A stretch of DNA of 63,964 nucleotides, filler included, from Reticulomyxa filosa (taxonomy: Eukaryota > Protista > Foraminifera), in assembly GCA_000512085.1 (NCBI GenBank). It is 14 parts of 14 records of this genome, joined end to end, with 100 filler letters (N's around TTAATTAATTAA, not from the genome) between each part and the next. Parts side by side here need not be neighbours in the genome. Positions count along the whole stretch, not along the records: positions 50,081 to 53,877 come from ASPP01005964.1; positions 53,978 to 58,024 come from ASPP01005944.1; positions 58,125 to 60,180 come from ASPP01007363.1; positions 60,281 to 61,511 come from ASPP01025198.1; positions 61,612 to 62,777 come from ASPP01024956.1; 9 more parts are not named here. One strand, given 5' to 3'. The notes under the pieces are model-generated. The model had not been told where the DNA came from. It ran no database searches and saw only the letters and a list, made by a program, of their open reading frames with translations. The position numbers and the translations under genes are program-made. Below, piece after piece: positions 50,123-62,712 of this stretch. Numbering within the stretch: position 1 is the stretch's first letter; each line of letters begins with the position of its first letter.

Positions 50123-51381
50123 ACTGAATGAAGCCATTGCCAGGTTCTAAAGGATGCGTAAACTTGATTTCGATAATGTGAATGGGGGACACCTTTTCGG
50201 CGTTGTGATGGGGTATGATGCTTTGCACTTGTGGCCTGAGCGTGGACCGTGGTGAAAAGCGGAAGGCGTGGAGTGAAAGCCACGCCTGACTTTGGCCGTG
50301 ATAGTGCAGCCACGTATCACCCAACAAGATTGGGTTGTTCGTGTCGCTGCTCGAATACACATATCCTGCGTCGCTCTCCACTTCCGTCCCGACCATCCAT
50401 CGCTTTTCTCGTGGCGTGTGTCCGTATTTGTATAATATCAACCCTCGGTCGTATTCGTCCTTCTTATGCCACACTGGAGCATCGTTCACACGGTACGGTT
50501 GCAATGTCCATTCTCCTAGCAAATAGACTTCTTCAAAGTCATTTTTATAACTTACACCATAAATGTCGGACAATTCAAGGTCCAACTCTGGTTCATTTTC
50601 TTTTTTTTTTTTTTTTAGAAAAAAAAAAAAGTAATCATGCATATGCATATGTTAGATATATGTATGTATTACATATTTACTAATTTTTGTCCATATTTTT
50701 TTTTTTCCACAACTCCCTCTCCTCAAGGGGGGGGGGGAAGGGACACACTGATGAACTTTGTCACCCCCTTGCATTTTTTAAAACAACACAAAAAAAAAAA
50801 TAAACCTTCTCGCACTTCTTTTGGCCCATTGATATCTGGAAACCCTTCTCGGACGTAATCCTCAATGGTTTTCAAGCCCGCTTCCAATCCCAATTTCAAC
50901 GCACATTTAAACTTTTTCACACAACTCGTGTTCACTGTTTTTATGTGTGGCCCTGGCTTTTCGCAATAATCACAAGAAGGGTCTTTTTCCTGCGTCTTCC
51001 CATCTTTGTTATGATTTATTTATTTGTTTGTTTGTTTGTATTGACAGAGGAAACTCCAGACAAGGCCCGAACAAATAACGACTTTTGCAATAAATAAACA
51101 AACATACAATTGCAACACAAAAACACAATACCCAACGTAAGATGTAGTACACATCGTATTTATTTGGTTGGTGCGTCTCAATGACTGGGGCAAATTCAGT
51201 GTCACTTTTTGTCACCTTGTATCTTTTTGTATTTAGTTCGGTTTACTTTGATTTTTTACATTCCTACAAAGATGTATTACCTTCCAAAACTCTTCTCAAT
51301 ATTTACAACTAAAAAAAAGATAATTTCTTTCCTTACTTCCACTTACAGGATCAATATTAACACCCCAATCGCTAAAGTCAT
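50115..51381 (-). CDS. Probable secreted/surface protein (multi-exon, 3' truncated) with the start of an Ig-like domain
   Basis: First exon MTLAIGVLILIL is signal-peptide-like. Later exons: DPSCDYCEKPGPH...; GEWTLQPYRVNDAPVWHK...RWMVG; PQVQSIIPHHNAEKVSPIHIIEIKFTHPLEPGNGFIQF. Confidence 0.55.
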
Positions 51382-52598
51382 GCAATTTAAGTTTTTCATC
51401 TTTGACGGCTCCGTTTTTGTTTTTTTAATTGAATAATAGGTTTAGGGGTTCAGTCAAACTGCTCAAAAAATCCAAGCTAGACAAACGCACTTGTGTTGAC
51501 CATAAACGTTATATATCCTTTTGATGTTGCCTTAGATGTTAAGATTGAGGATTTTTTCCTGTATATGATTTTAATTTTATACAGAATAAAAAACGCGCTT
51601 CCATTCCCGATCGTCATTATGTGAATAAAGACATGATAAATTGATACTTTTTAAAAATTTATATAGTGATGACTACCATTAATAAGAAGTTCCAAGCTTA
51701 CAACTTTTCCTTCTATCACTTTTCCTAAGCGCCCTAAATTGGTATGTTAAACTTCCAACAAAAAATGGAAATAAACTAAATAATAAAATGAACAACGAAA
51801 TAAGAAAAGTGACAAAGCTTAAAAAAATCTAAATACTTTCAAATAATCTAAAAATCGATTTTTCTTTGTATATCTATTTCTTATTTGTTATAATCCGAAA
51901 GATTTGTTATTGCATGGAAATAGTACTTACGTAAAATATAAGTAATGATAGTCCAAAAGCGTTGACAATTCAAACACAAACCAAGTACAAAATTATTGAA
52001 AAAAAAAGGCATCATTCCATCGCTGGTATAATAAAAAGGACTTCATTTTGGTTATACAAAAGTCAACCTATAGTACTCACATTTTTGTAAATTTGTATGG
52101 AAAAAATTTCTTCAAAATTCGAGTCAAAATTCACAAATCGGAAAATATAAATGAACAAAACTTGGTTCGCGACGACAAGGAAGTCATCCTCCTCAACAAT
52201 ATACAGTTTCTTTGTTTTTGGTCAAACAAAGACGTTAAGGGGGAGAGATGGAAGAAAGAAAAACAAACAAATCGACAAACAATACGTTAACAAAGTTTCG
52301 ACATGTCCTAACTCAAAACACGGCATATTAATTCGATTTAACAAAAAATTCAAACAAAAAGTATAGAAAAAAAATGAAAAAAACAAAAACAAACAAATGA
52401 ATTCAAAAAGTAAACAAATCAAAACCGAATAAAACACAAAAACAAAATGACGACAACCCACATACAAGTATAGCTTTTTTTTTTGGAAGAAAAAAAAGAC
52501 TATAAGAATAAGGAGAGAGGGGGATGGTGGTGGTGGGGGGGGGGAAGGAGAAAAACGGAATAAAAAAAGAAAAAACGAAAACAAACAAAAGCAAAGCG

Positions 52599-52940
52599 CT
52601 AAATCTGAAGAAGGTGTGCATGCTTTTTAACAAAGCGATTGAATTCTGGAGTTTTTCCAAACCTAGAGAAACTGTCACGAGACATAAGATCATAGGTCTA
52701 TATTTCAATTCAAATATTTACACCATAAACAATACAGTTCAAAAAAAAAAAAAACAAACAAAAAACGAAACATATAAAATCGAACCTCTTCAGCAGCTTT
52801 GTCAAACACTCGCACCAACGTCAGACGTATATTGTACTCAAAAGTGCCTACATCCGAAAAGTTACTTTGGTAAAGCTTTTGAATGACACTACTGGAATAG
52901 TGTCGATCTTGAAGAGATAAACGTAAGCTAATATTGTTGA

Positions 52941-53033
<93 letters not shown>

Positions 53034-53877
53034 TGTCATTATTATTATTATTGGTAGAGCCAACTGATAAAATATCTTTCTTTTGAAAAACGAGTTCTGC
53101 AGTGTCACTTTCTGTTTTGCGATGATGTGCGAGTTTGGATGGCGGTATGATGGATGGTGTTGTATCTACACAAGGCAATGGCGATTCGGAGTGTGCATCG
53201 GAAAGGGCAAGATTGAGCTTGTTGTTAAACTCCGAGTGTCCTTGTGTTTGGGTTGGATGGTCGTAATCCATACGCGAGGCGACGACACCGTTGCTTTCGG
53301 GAATGGGGATCACGATAGGAGTATGACTGAATGTGGTCCATTGCGATACTGGAGTAGGCGTCGACAGGCCTGGGGCACCGCCGGTCATGGGTTCCATTGG
53401 CACTTGTAATGTCGATCGCACGACGGAAGAAGAGAGCAAAAAAGAGGGGTCCGTTGCTATCGCAGCAATGACACGTGGCTTTTGTTCCTGTCCATCTTTT
53501 GTCTTCTCTTCATTGTCACTATTATCATTCACATCATTGTGAGTGTCATTATTATCATTGTCATTATTGTTATTATTGTCATTATCATTATTAATATCAT
53601 TATCATTGTCGTCATCATTGTCATTGTCATTGTCATTGTTGTCAGGTTCAAATTCAAGGTCGTAATTCATCGTTACAAATTCCGTCATGTCAATATCGTC
53701 GTCATTGTCTACCATCACATTGCTATTTTCTTGATTTTGTTTTTGGTGCGATTGTTTTTGCAAGTTGTCGGTTGGAGTTGGCGTTACCGTGAACGTTGAA
53801 GTTGGCATTGGATAAATAGTTTTATTATTATTATTGTTATTATTATTATTATTACTATTATTATTATTATTATTATT
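52599..53877 (-). CDS. RGS-domain protein, C-terminal part with a long Asn/Asp-rich low-complexity region
   Basis: LVRVFDKAAEE splices to TYDLMSRDSFSRFGKTPEF, matching the RGS terminal-helix pattern FDxAxxEIxxLMxxDSxxRF. Stop at 52599-52601. Confidence 0.75.
52941..53051. repeat. (TAT)n microsatellite encoding poly-Asn on the minus strand
   Basis: About 30 perfect TAT units plus an interrupted extension. A second tract lies at 53823-53877. Confidence 0.95.
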
Positions 53878-54015
53878 NNNNNNNNNNNNNNNNNNNNNNN
53901 NNNNNNNNNNNNNNNNNNNNNTTAATTAATTAANNNNNNNNNNNNNNNNNNNNNNNNNNNNNNNNNNNNNNNNNNNNTTTTTTTTTTTAAACTAACGTCC
54001 ACCTTGGTTAGTACG

Positions 54016-54489
54016 ATGACAGAAATTACAGTTCGTTATGTTTTCACGCAACAAATAAAAAAAAAACAAATCTGAAATACATAAAGGTTACCACCTCCGG
54101 ACTCCAGTCAAAAAGCATAATGATCATAAACGGAGTCCCAGGTTCTTCTGGCAAGCTAGTGCTGAAAAACATCGACGTATATAAGGATACAGTCCAAAAA
54201 ATAAAAGAGCGAATATGGAACGAAGAACTCGGAAATGCAAACATGGATAGTAATACTATCAAGGAAAAAATCGATAACACGATATTGACACATTCAGGCA
54301 CAGTGCTAGAGATCAATGAGGTACGTATTCTATTTAATCAGCTTGGAGGGAGTAGCCTCTATGATACATTATAACTAATAGAAAACACTGGCACATTATG
54401 GTATCCATGGTGAAAAATTCATACTTGCATTTAGATTTCGTGTAAGCGGTGGTACAGTTTGTGATCATCTGCGTTCATTTAGGCAATAA
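54016..54489 (+). CDS. Divergent ubiquitin-like protein with di-glycine motif and an 11-aa tail
   Basis: Exons 54016-54030, 54087-54320 and 54382-54489 (all phase 0) give ..DTVQKIKERIW...LTHSGTVLEINEKTLAHYGIHGEKFILAFRFRVSGG-TVCDHLRSFRQ*. Confidence 0.75.
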
Positions 54490-55274
54490 AGTGGCTCTGT
54501 TTTCGGAGTACCCGTTGGACCTCAAATGTCCTTTTTGCAAAAATTTTTGAAGGCATGGACTGAAACTAAAATGTTATCGTGTCAAAAAAACTAGCTTTTG
54601 TTTGAAAAATTTTTGCATTAGTCTTAGTTAATTATTGTAATTTTAGTTTTTTTCTTCCATTGCGGAATTACTAACAATTGATAATTGTTAGAGACATTTG
54701 ATATTTTACTTTCATCAACTAGTATACAATTTGACAAATAATCTCTTGAAAATCAATTGTCAGAAGCGCCTAGTATGATTAGAATGAGATATAATAAGGC
54801 GACACAAGACATTTGAATCGCACTTTGATGTGATACCAAAACTGTTTTTCACTCAACGATGGTAGAGACAAATTACTACAGTTGCCGCCAAGCTCCAACA
54901 AATTTCCCAAAAGCACACTTTAGAGGCAATCATATATGTACGTGATTAACATGTGCTGAATGAATGCGTGTGTGGTTAGTGAAATCAGCTTTATAACGCA
55001 ATTTGTTGCTACATGAAGAAAAAAATGAGCGTATTCGTTCAATAGTTGACAAGGCGGTTATGTCATTGTGGGAGAAAATACAATTGCGATATTTTTATTT
55101 CTATGGGAATGACATATACGAAAAATTTACTCAAGATATTCAAAGACTGTCCAATAAAGGTGAGCAAAAAGAAAAAGGCAATTAAATACAGTGCGAATAA
55201 AAAAGAGAAAATATCCTTTATAATAGTGCCGCACAAGGAATAGAATTAAAAAATAAAAATAATAAATATAATAT

Positions 55275-55445
55275 AATTTGACTTAGATTTATTTGATTAT
55301 ATAAATTTTCATTTAACTGATTAAATTAATTCAATTTTGTTCAATTAATTTGACTTAATTTAAATTCAATTTGATTTATTTAATTCAATTTCAATTTGAC
55401 GTTGGCATAATTTGACTTCAATTTAACATTTAATTTTATTCAATT
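55275..55445. repeat. Degenerate AT-rich short-period repeat with four AATTTGAC copies
   Basis: AATTTGAC at 55275, 55347, 55393 and 55409 among AATTT/AATTC units. Confidence 0.55.
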
Positions 55446-57430
55446 TTTTTTTCTGAAACTTTTTAAGTTGTTATTTTCTACGGCAAATTTCATTTAAAGT
55501 TTTTGACAATATCCAGCGCTGAATTCGCTATTGAAAGTCAACAAAGATTCTTATATTCAATTGATATATATATGAATCTAGTGTTAATATGTCACTTGTT
55601 AATTGATGTAGAAAATACCATGCTGTCGTATTTGATCAAATATATTACTGATAGCTATTCGTCTTAAATATGTATGATTGTGATCATCATGATTTTCTTC
55701 ATTTATTTATACCTATCCTCATTTGATTCACTACAAATTTTGAATATCCAAAATTAAGGAAAATCTAGTTTGAAAAGATATAATCGGAATGCGTAGAAGA
55801 TCAACAGTGCCTAATGTGCAACTTCATAAATACAATGACGCAAATTTTATGACATTCTATCAAAAATTTCATTCAACTGCAATCAAAAAATAAACTAATT
55901 TCAATTGAAATCTTGTCTCCTTACTTGTTGCTAACACATCTCCTTCATCTCCATATATGATTTTATTATCAAACTATTTTAAAAGATCAGATCACATAAT
56001 ATATCATTCTTCAAATCAATTAATTGCATTTTTAATATTCTTTATTCATTTTACATGAAATAAAGTTATTATATTTGAGTGTCATACTATATCCGAATGC
56101 ACTGCCATTTTTTTTTTAGCTATCTTCCAGATTTCACATTCCTTATTCGAATGATTTTATCACTTGATCAGCCGCACAAATTGAACTATCTTCCAAATAG
56201 GTGTATTATACAAATGAGATATTCTCCAAATCTGTATATTCAAAACTGCATTTTTTTTATTATACTTGCACAAAAGAAATATTTAGTGAACTATAACCTT
56301 TAAAATTAGTTTCTTCCAAAAATGCTTGTATCATTAATTCTTCATTGCTTCGATGTGTATTTTCCCAATATATGATTTTCCTTGAATAACATCATTTACA
56401 TTTTTTCACATTTATTTTCAACTAATTCCACAACAGTTCATGAAAATGAATGGCTTTTTCTTGTGTAATAATCCAATGACATTATATAATTGATTGTTTT
56501 GTGACTTTTTTTATTTTAAATTCGCACAGTTGCTTATATACAAAAGTAGCTAATTTTAATACAACGTTATATTCAATATTTTACTACTCAATTACTCCAT
56601 CATTGAAGTGAAGTTGTAACGAATTATTATTTTCTCTTTCTTCAATGATCGTTCATGACTTTTTGATTTTTTCTTTTTTTTGTCGTCTTTTTATTTTCCA
56701 TGTCCGAATGAGTTTGTAACAGGAATGATGTTCAATGACGGAATGACCCTTCAAAGCTATGTGATCTCTTAACATTTCCACATAAATGTAATTTGATGTT
56801 GTGAAAATGATCTTGTTTTCGAACATCAGTCAATAAGCTCCTTTTTGTGTGCAAGTTTCAGTTTTTTTGTCCTCGGTGCTGGTATCTCAACAAAAAGTGT
56901 TGTTCATCCTTTTTTAAGCACTCAAAACTAAGTAGATGGGTATAACTTTACTTTGGAACAGGACGAAATGTACAAAAGTCCTTACTCAACAAAAGACAAA
57001 CGATCTTCTTTCTTTGCTACAGCAACGTCGGAAATTTGGATTTTAATATGCCGTAATAAGTTTGTATTGAAATTTTTTTCACAAGATGCTATTTTATTAA
57101 AATTAATTACAAAGCCAAAGACCAAATATGAGAGAAGAAAAAATATCTCACAATCCCTTGCTGGTTACTCTAATAAGGAGATAATTATAAAAAAAAGCAA
57201 GAAAAAACAAAAAGAAAAACGGTCAACGTTTCCAATTCTTAAACATACCAAAGTAAATTCCTATGAAAAAACAAAACACTCCTCCCCCCCCCTTTGCTCC
57301 CTCCCTCCATCCCAGAAAACAGAATTAAAAAACAATATGGCAGAGTTTCAACCGTCTTCGCAGAAGAGTTTAAAAAAAGTTCATTATTTTTTTTTTTTTT
57401 AAAAAGCAAAATATTAAGAATTGTAGAAGG

Positions 57431-58024
57431 TTATTTTTCATTAAGATTGTTGAGAGTTTTGCTGTAATCATGCCAAAGCAAGTCACAGACGTCAGTTCTC
57501 TCAAAGCGAATGAAGCTATCTCTAAGCAAGTTGGAGAGTTCTCGAACAGCAGCGTCAAGACAGCGTAGCTTCATTTCAACAGTGACCGTGTTGGAAAGAC
57601 TTAAAACTTCGATATTGGTATTTTCGGGTGTAATGTCTGCATTGTTATTGTTATTGTCATTGGTATAATTGTCAGAAGGATGTTGAGGCAGTTTTTGCTC
57701 AAAGAGTATGAATTGGCATCGCAGCGAGATATCATAAGGAATATTAATTTCCAGCGAAGAGTTTCCTCTCTGAATATACTTTTTATACAGCGCCGTGATC
57801 GCCTGGTCGATAGTAATTTCACTTTTATACAGTTGCTCGACCAAGTAGCCGAGTCGAAGTTTCCTGGGCAAGTGGATTCGATACACAAAGTAGTCCATCG
57901 CCGGTAGCAGCGATGCGGGCGGCGACAATGGTAGAAAAGAGGGGGAGCGATTCATCTTGTTCGCATCAGTCTGACCATTTTTATTACTCTTTGAGCTTTG
58001 TTCGTACCAACCAAATAATTGGCG
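57431..58024 (-). CDS. RGS-domain protein, C-terminal exon
   Basis: ALYKKYIQRGNSSLEINIPYD...LDAAVRELSNLLRDSFIRF matches the RGS motifs IYxxYI..EINI and DSxxRF. The frame is open to the contig edge. Confidence 0.85.
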   Translation of the reverse strand, partial: RQLFGWYEQSSKSNKNGQTDANKMNRSPSFLPLSPPASLLPAMDYFVYRIHLPRKLRLGYLVEQLYKSEITIDQAITALYKKYIQRGNSSLEINIPYDISLRCQFILFEQKLPQHPSDNYTNDNNNNNADITPENTNIEVLSLSNTVTVEMKLRCLDAAVRELSNLLRDSFIRFERTDVCDLLWHDYSKTLNNLNEK

Positions 58025-58220
58025 NNNNNNNNNNNNNNNNNNNNNNNNNNNNNNNNNNNNNNNNNNNNTTAATTAATTAANNNNNNNNNNNNNNNNNNNN
58101 NNNNNNNNNNNNNNNNNNNNNNNNAAAAAAAAAAAAAAAAAAAAAAAAAAAGTGTGGTCCAATTGCAACACATACACACTGTGATTTTTTATTCTCATTG
58201 CTTTTTTTTTTTCCACTTAC

Positions 58221-58494
58221 TTGTGACGGGTCCAATAAATCATCGACGTTGTTTCGGTCTTCTGATTCGATATATTCATCCTTTGTATCTAGGTCTCCCG
58301 TATTTGTTTGGTTTGCGTTGGTAGCTGTTTCGTGTTTTTATTTCATTTTGTTTGTTGGTTGACTTTTTTTTTTACCAGATTACACGGTGCAAACAAGTTT
58401 ATTGTCAAGTACCAAGCAAAGGTTTCGCGTCAGTATTTCGAGTTGTCCTTTGCAATGAAGCAGTGTCAGGTTGAGAATTACAACAATTACCCAT
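58221..58494 (-). CDS. N-terminal exons of a putatively acylated protein (MGNCC)
   Basis: Exon 58494-58413 MGNCCNSQPDTASLQRTTRNTDAKPLL, phase-1 GT-AG intron, exon 58324-58221 ATNANQTNTGDLDTKDEYIESEDRNNVDDYWTRHK, then a GTAAG donor. Confidence 0.55.
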
Positions 58495-60280
58495 TGCTTA
58501 ATAAGTGCGATTGATTCAAGTTAGAAATATGATCTTGTGGGAATTTATTTCTTTATTACGTGTTTTTTCAAAAAAAAATACTGTTCAAGTTCAAACAACA
58601 AAGCTTTTGCTTAGCAAGTTAATATGTGAACATAGATCCTTCGAAACCAACTTAACCATGAAAGTCGACAGCAAATGAGGCAATTGGGCAAGCTTATTCA
58701 CGAAAATTGTGATGTGTTTTCTTTTTTTTTTTATACTTATACAAAAAAAACAACATATGTATACATAACATATTTGTCATATGTACGTACCCACACAATG
58801 GATAATGAAAATTCTACAAAATGTATTTTCTACTGATTTAAATCAAATAATTGCATTGAATGCAACATTATAATTCAAAAACTGATGAGGAAATTAAAAG
58901 GGCAAATGAGTCGCGAATGAATAAAGCAAACATTATGAAGAAAACATTTTAAACCTTTTTGCAAGTCGTTTTTAATATCAATATACACAAAGGAGTTGTC
59001 TTAATAATGATCAAAAAACTAACAACAATACAAAACTAAGAATAAAAGAGCAAAAGTTTAGTAAATAATTCCAATCGGCAATACACTTTTGTTGAAATAA
59101 ATTTAATGTCTATTTAAAGTATTTACAATTAAAATTGCTCAAGTTTTTTTACAAAAAAAAATTTAAAAACTATTCTGACAAAAAAAAATTTTACAAATAA
59201 TTTTTATTTTGTTTTAGTAACATTACTGTTCCTTATTGTTGAATATTGCGAGATGATGTCAAAAAAAAGCGGAAAATGTAGTCCAAGACTCCAGCTACAA
59301 TTTCCGTTGTTTTTTTTATTAATATTATTTAAAAAAAAGTAACAACTTTCTTGTCTCCCTTTTTCTGTAAATTCTCTTATTATTGTCTTGTTGGCATATG
59401 TTGACACTCCACTCGCTACTTCAGCATTTTTATTTTTTTCTGGTCGCGTAGACGCACCGAAGTGTGTTTCTTCAAGGCTTTGTAAACCGTGTTGAACAAA
59501 AAAAATGTTGTACCCCGTCGAATACGTTCAAAAAAAAAAAGAGTAGTCTCAAAAAATAACTTTGAATTACAATCGCAGATAATAAACTAAAATTCTGTTC
59601 AAAAATCTAAAAATAAAATCAGATATCCAAAAGGGTTCTCAAAAAGAGAGTGATTCCATTTTTTTATTTTTTATTTGTCATGTGCTTTCTGTTGTTTTAT
59701 AGTTTAGGAAATGCTTTTTTGTTAGCACAAGCATTAATCATCCTTCTTCTCGAAAGAATTTGTTTGCTGAATGTTTTATTTTTTATTTTGAACAAAATGA
59801 TAATAAATTTATATTAAGTATATAACTTTTTCATAATATAAATAGACATTATTGAAAATTTGGTTTGTGCGTTTGGGTCAAACACAAGAATTTGATATGT
59901 GTATTGAACATAAAAAATCATTTCTTATTTTATTTAACTGATTAATTATGATTTTTTAATAAAAATGTGATATAATTTATGTTTGTTGAACTCAGAAAGG
60001 TATATTTTCAAAAATTGACAACTAAAATAAAATTGTAACAATTTTATCCTGTCCGTATAGAACGTAAAAAAGAATAAAGCACAAAATACACAGAGCAATG
60101 TCATGATTTTTTCCCAATCTCATTCACAAATTGAATATTCTAATTTCCAAATATAATAATCCTAATTGAGGAAATTTTATNNNNNNNNNNNNNNNNNNNN
60201 NNNNNNNNNNNNNNNNNNNNNNNNTTAATTAATTAANNNNNNNNNNNNNNNNNNNNNNNNNNNNNNNNNNNNNNNNNNNN

Positions 60281-61511
60281 AGAGTATTCAATGTTATTGG
60301 ATTTCAAAGACAAGACGTTCAAAATTATGTGTATGCATATTTTCGAAATATTGATAATTATCAAGCAAACGTGTTGATCGATATATTCGATAATAATCCA
60401 AGTTTGAAGTTATTGAGTCACACTCCATTGTATTTGCGTTTGTTCTGTTATCTTGCAAGACAACAAATGAATGAAATTGAAGAAGAGAAAAAAGAATATC
60501 AAATCAAAGACAAGTTATTTGATGGATTAAATGGTATATCTCTTTCGAAATTGTATGAAAAATTATTGGTATGTTATATGAAGTGGAATTGGACAAAATG
60601 GAATAAAACAAAAGACAAGCCAAATGAACAAACTATGTTCGATATGTGAAAATGGAAATTGATTATTTGTCTCATCTTGCATGGGAAGGATTGAAACATG
60701 GACAAGCTATCATTCTTCACGAAATGCAAGAAAAAACATTGGAATGGATTAACAAAAAATATCCATGCAAATGTATTGTAATTCTATCTCAATGGTCTCG
60801 AATTCATTCATTTGGATTTTTACAAGGACAGGAGTCTATGAGTCCATCACATCCAACTGATTCAGTGTATTTCCCTCATTTGACATTTGCTGCTTATTAT
60901 TTGGTGCATTGTTTATATGAACCAATTGAATCAAATGAACATAAACAAGTATGTCATGTTTTGATTAATGAGCAAATCACTCCCAAATATTCAATGATGA
61001 TATCATTTATGGCTGGGATATTATCTGATTATATTCAAAATAAAAAAGATCTTACTGGATCTGGTTTATTGTATTTTTGGAAATTGTTACGCTTCCCATC
61101 ACTTGCTCAACTTTCTCCCACTCGTCAAATGATGTTGCATACGCGTTGTCTGGATGCTTGCAAAGCAGATACAGAAATTCAGTCTCCACTTAAAGATTGT
61201 CACATGGCTCTTATTTCTTCGTTCAAATCATTTCTCATTACTTGGATCGATGGCAGCAAACTCGAAGATTACGCTTGTAATAATGGATATCAGATTGAGC
61301 ATCGACCATTCGACAAAGTAATAAAATTTCATTTGTCCAACTGGCGATATATCCTTCTTCATTCGGTTATTGATTCATACATCATGGTCAACTCAATGAA
61401 GTTCAAAAGCAACTGAACAAGCTAAAGGAAAGTAAATTCATGTATCGATTGCAGGTGTTGGGACACTTGAGCATCTCGTCACAGATATTGAAAATTATTA
61501 TCCAATGCTGC
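60281..61511 (+). pseudogene. NACHT/STAND NTPase-associated helical and winged-helix region, disrupted
   Basis: VIGFQRQDVQNYVYAYF...LSHTPLYLRLFCY, LSKLYEKLL, YLSHLAWEGL, FGFL, VYFPHLTF-AAYYL (the usual QEx[FY] residues are missing). Frameshift near 60646 and another break near 61390. Confidence 0.75.
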
Positions 61512-61689
61512 NNNNNNNNNNNNNNNNNNNNNNNNNNNNNNNNNNNNNNNNNNNNTTAATTAATTAANNNNNNNNNNNNNNNNNNNNNNNNNNNNNNNNN
61601 NNNNNNNNNNNCAAAATGTCAATAAATGAAAAATACACACAACTAGTTTTTTTTGTATTCCAAAAAAAAAAAAAAACATTGATTAGAAA

Positions 61690-62712
61690 CAGCAAGCACG
61701 TATTCCTTTACCAAAAAAATTACCTGCTAAGACTACTCCTCAATTATGTATTGATTATTCGGGTATTTTAGGTGATTCAATGAAGGGATTTTATCGTTCA
61801 AGATACGTACGATCCAGTTTATATAAACATCCTTTTTTTTTTTTTTTACATAAAAAATAAACTACGAATAAAAAAATTTTTTGGAAAAATAGATGGCGAT
61901 CCTGCGTATTGTGGAGTAACACAATTTGAAGCAACAGATGCTCGTAAGGCATTACCTTGTTGGGATGAACCTAGTGCTAAATCAACATTTACTTTAGAAT
62001 TAACTGCACCAAGTGATTTAGTGTGTCTATCAAATATGCCTGGTATGATTTTTTTCAAATATTTATTTGTTTGCTTTAATTGTATTATATGTAAATAATG
62101 TGATATTTTTTGGTAATAGTGGTTGAAACAAAGATATTTGGTTCTGTCAAAACTGTTGTTTTTGACAAATCACCAATAATGTCAACATATTTATTGGCAT
62201 GGTTTGTTGGTGAATTTGAATGCGTTGAATCAAAAACAAATCGAAATATTATGGTTCGTGTATGGACTCAAATTGGAAAAAAGAATTCTGCAATTTTTGC
62301 TTGCGAAACAGCGTGCAAGTGTTTAGATTTTTATGAAAAGTTATAATATATTTATTTATTTATTTATTATATAATGTTTATTGTATTGTAAATTAAAATA
62401 TTATATATAGATATTTTGAAATTGAATATCCTTTACCAAAATGTGATATGATTGCAGTACCAGATTTTGCAGCAGGAGCAATGGAAAATTGGGGTTTAAT
62501 CACATATCGAGAAATTGCATTATTAGCTGATAAAGAAAAGACTTCAATACGACAATTACGATATGTAGCAATAGTTGTTTGTCATGAATTAGCACATCAA
62601 TGGTTTGGTAATTTAGTTACTATGGATTGGTGGTCTCAATTATGGTTAAATGAAGGTTTTGCTTGCTTTATGGAATATTTAAGTAGTGCTGCTGTGTTTC
62701 CAGATTGGCGAG
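61690..62712 (+). CDS. M1 family (puromycin-sensitive-type) aminopeptidase, internal exons
   Basis: [48 protein letters not shown] and the [20 protein letters not shown] zinc motif. Confidence 0.95.

Noticed and set aside
54600-57000. Possible decayed coding or mobile-element sequence
   Set aside because: Stops in all frames. No transposase or RT motif and no terminal repeats that I could identify.
30752-61511. PARG, ART-like Kelch-WD40 and NACHT genes as a physically linked ADP-ribosylation defence locus
   Set aside because: They lie on different contigs separated by artificial spacers, so co-location is not evidence.
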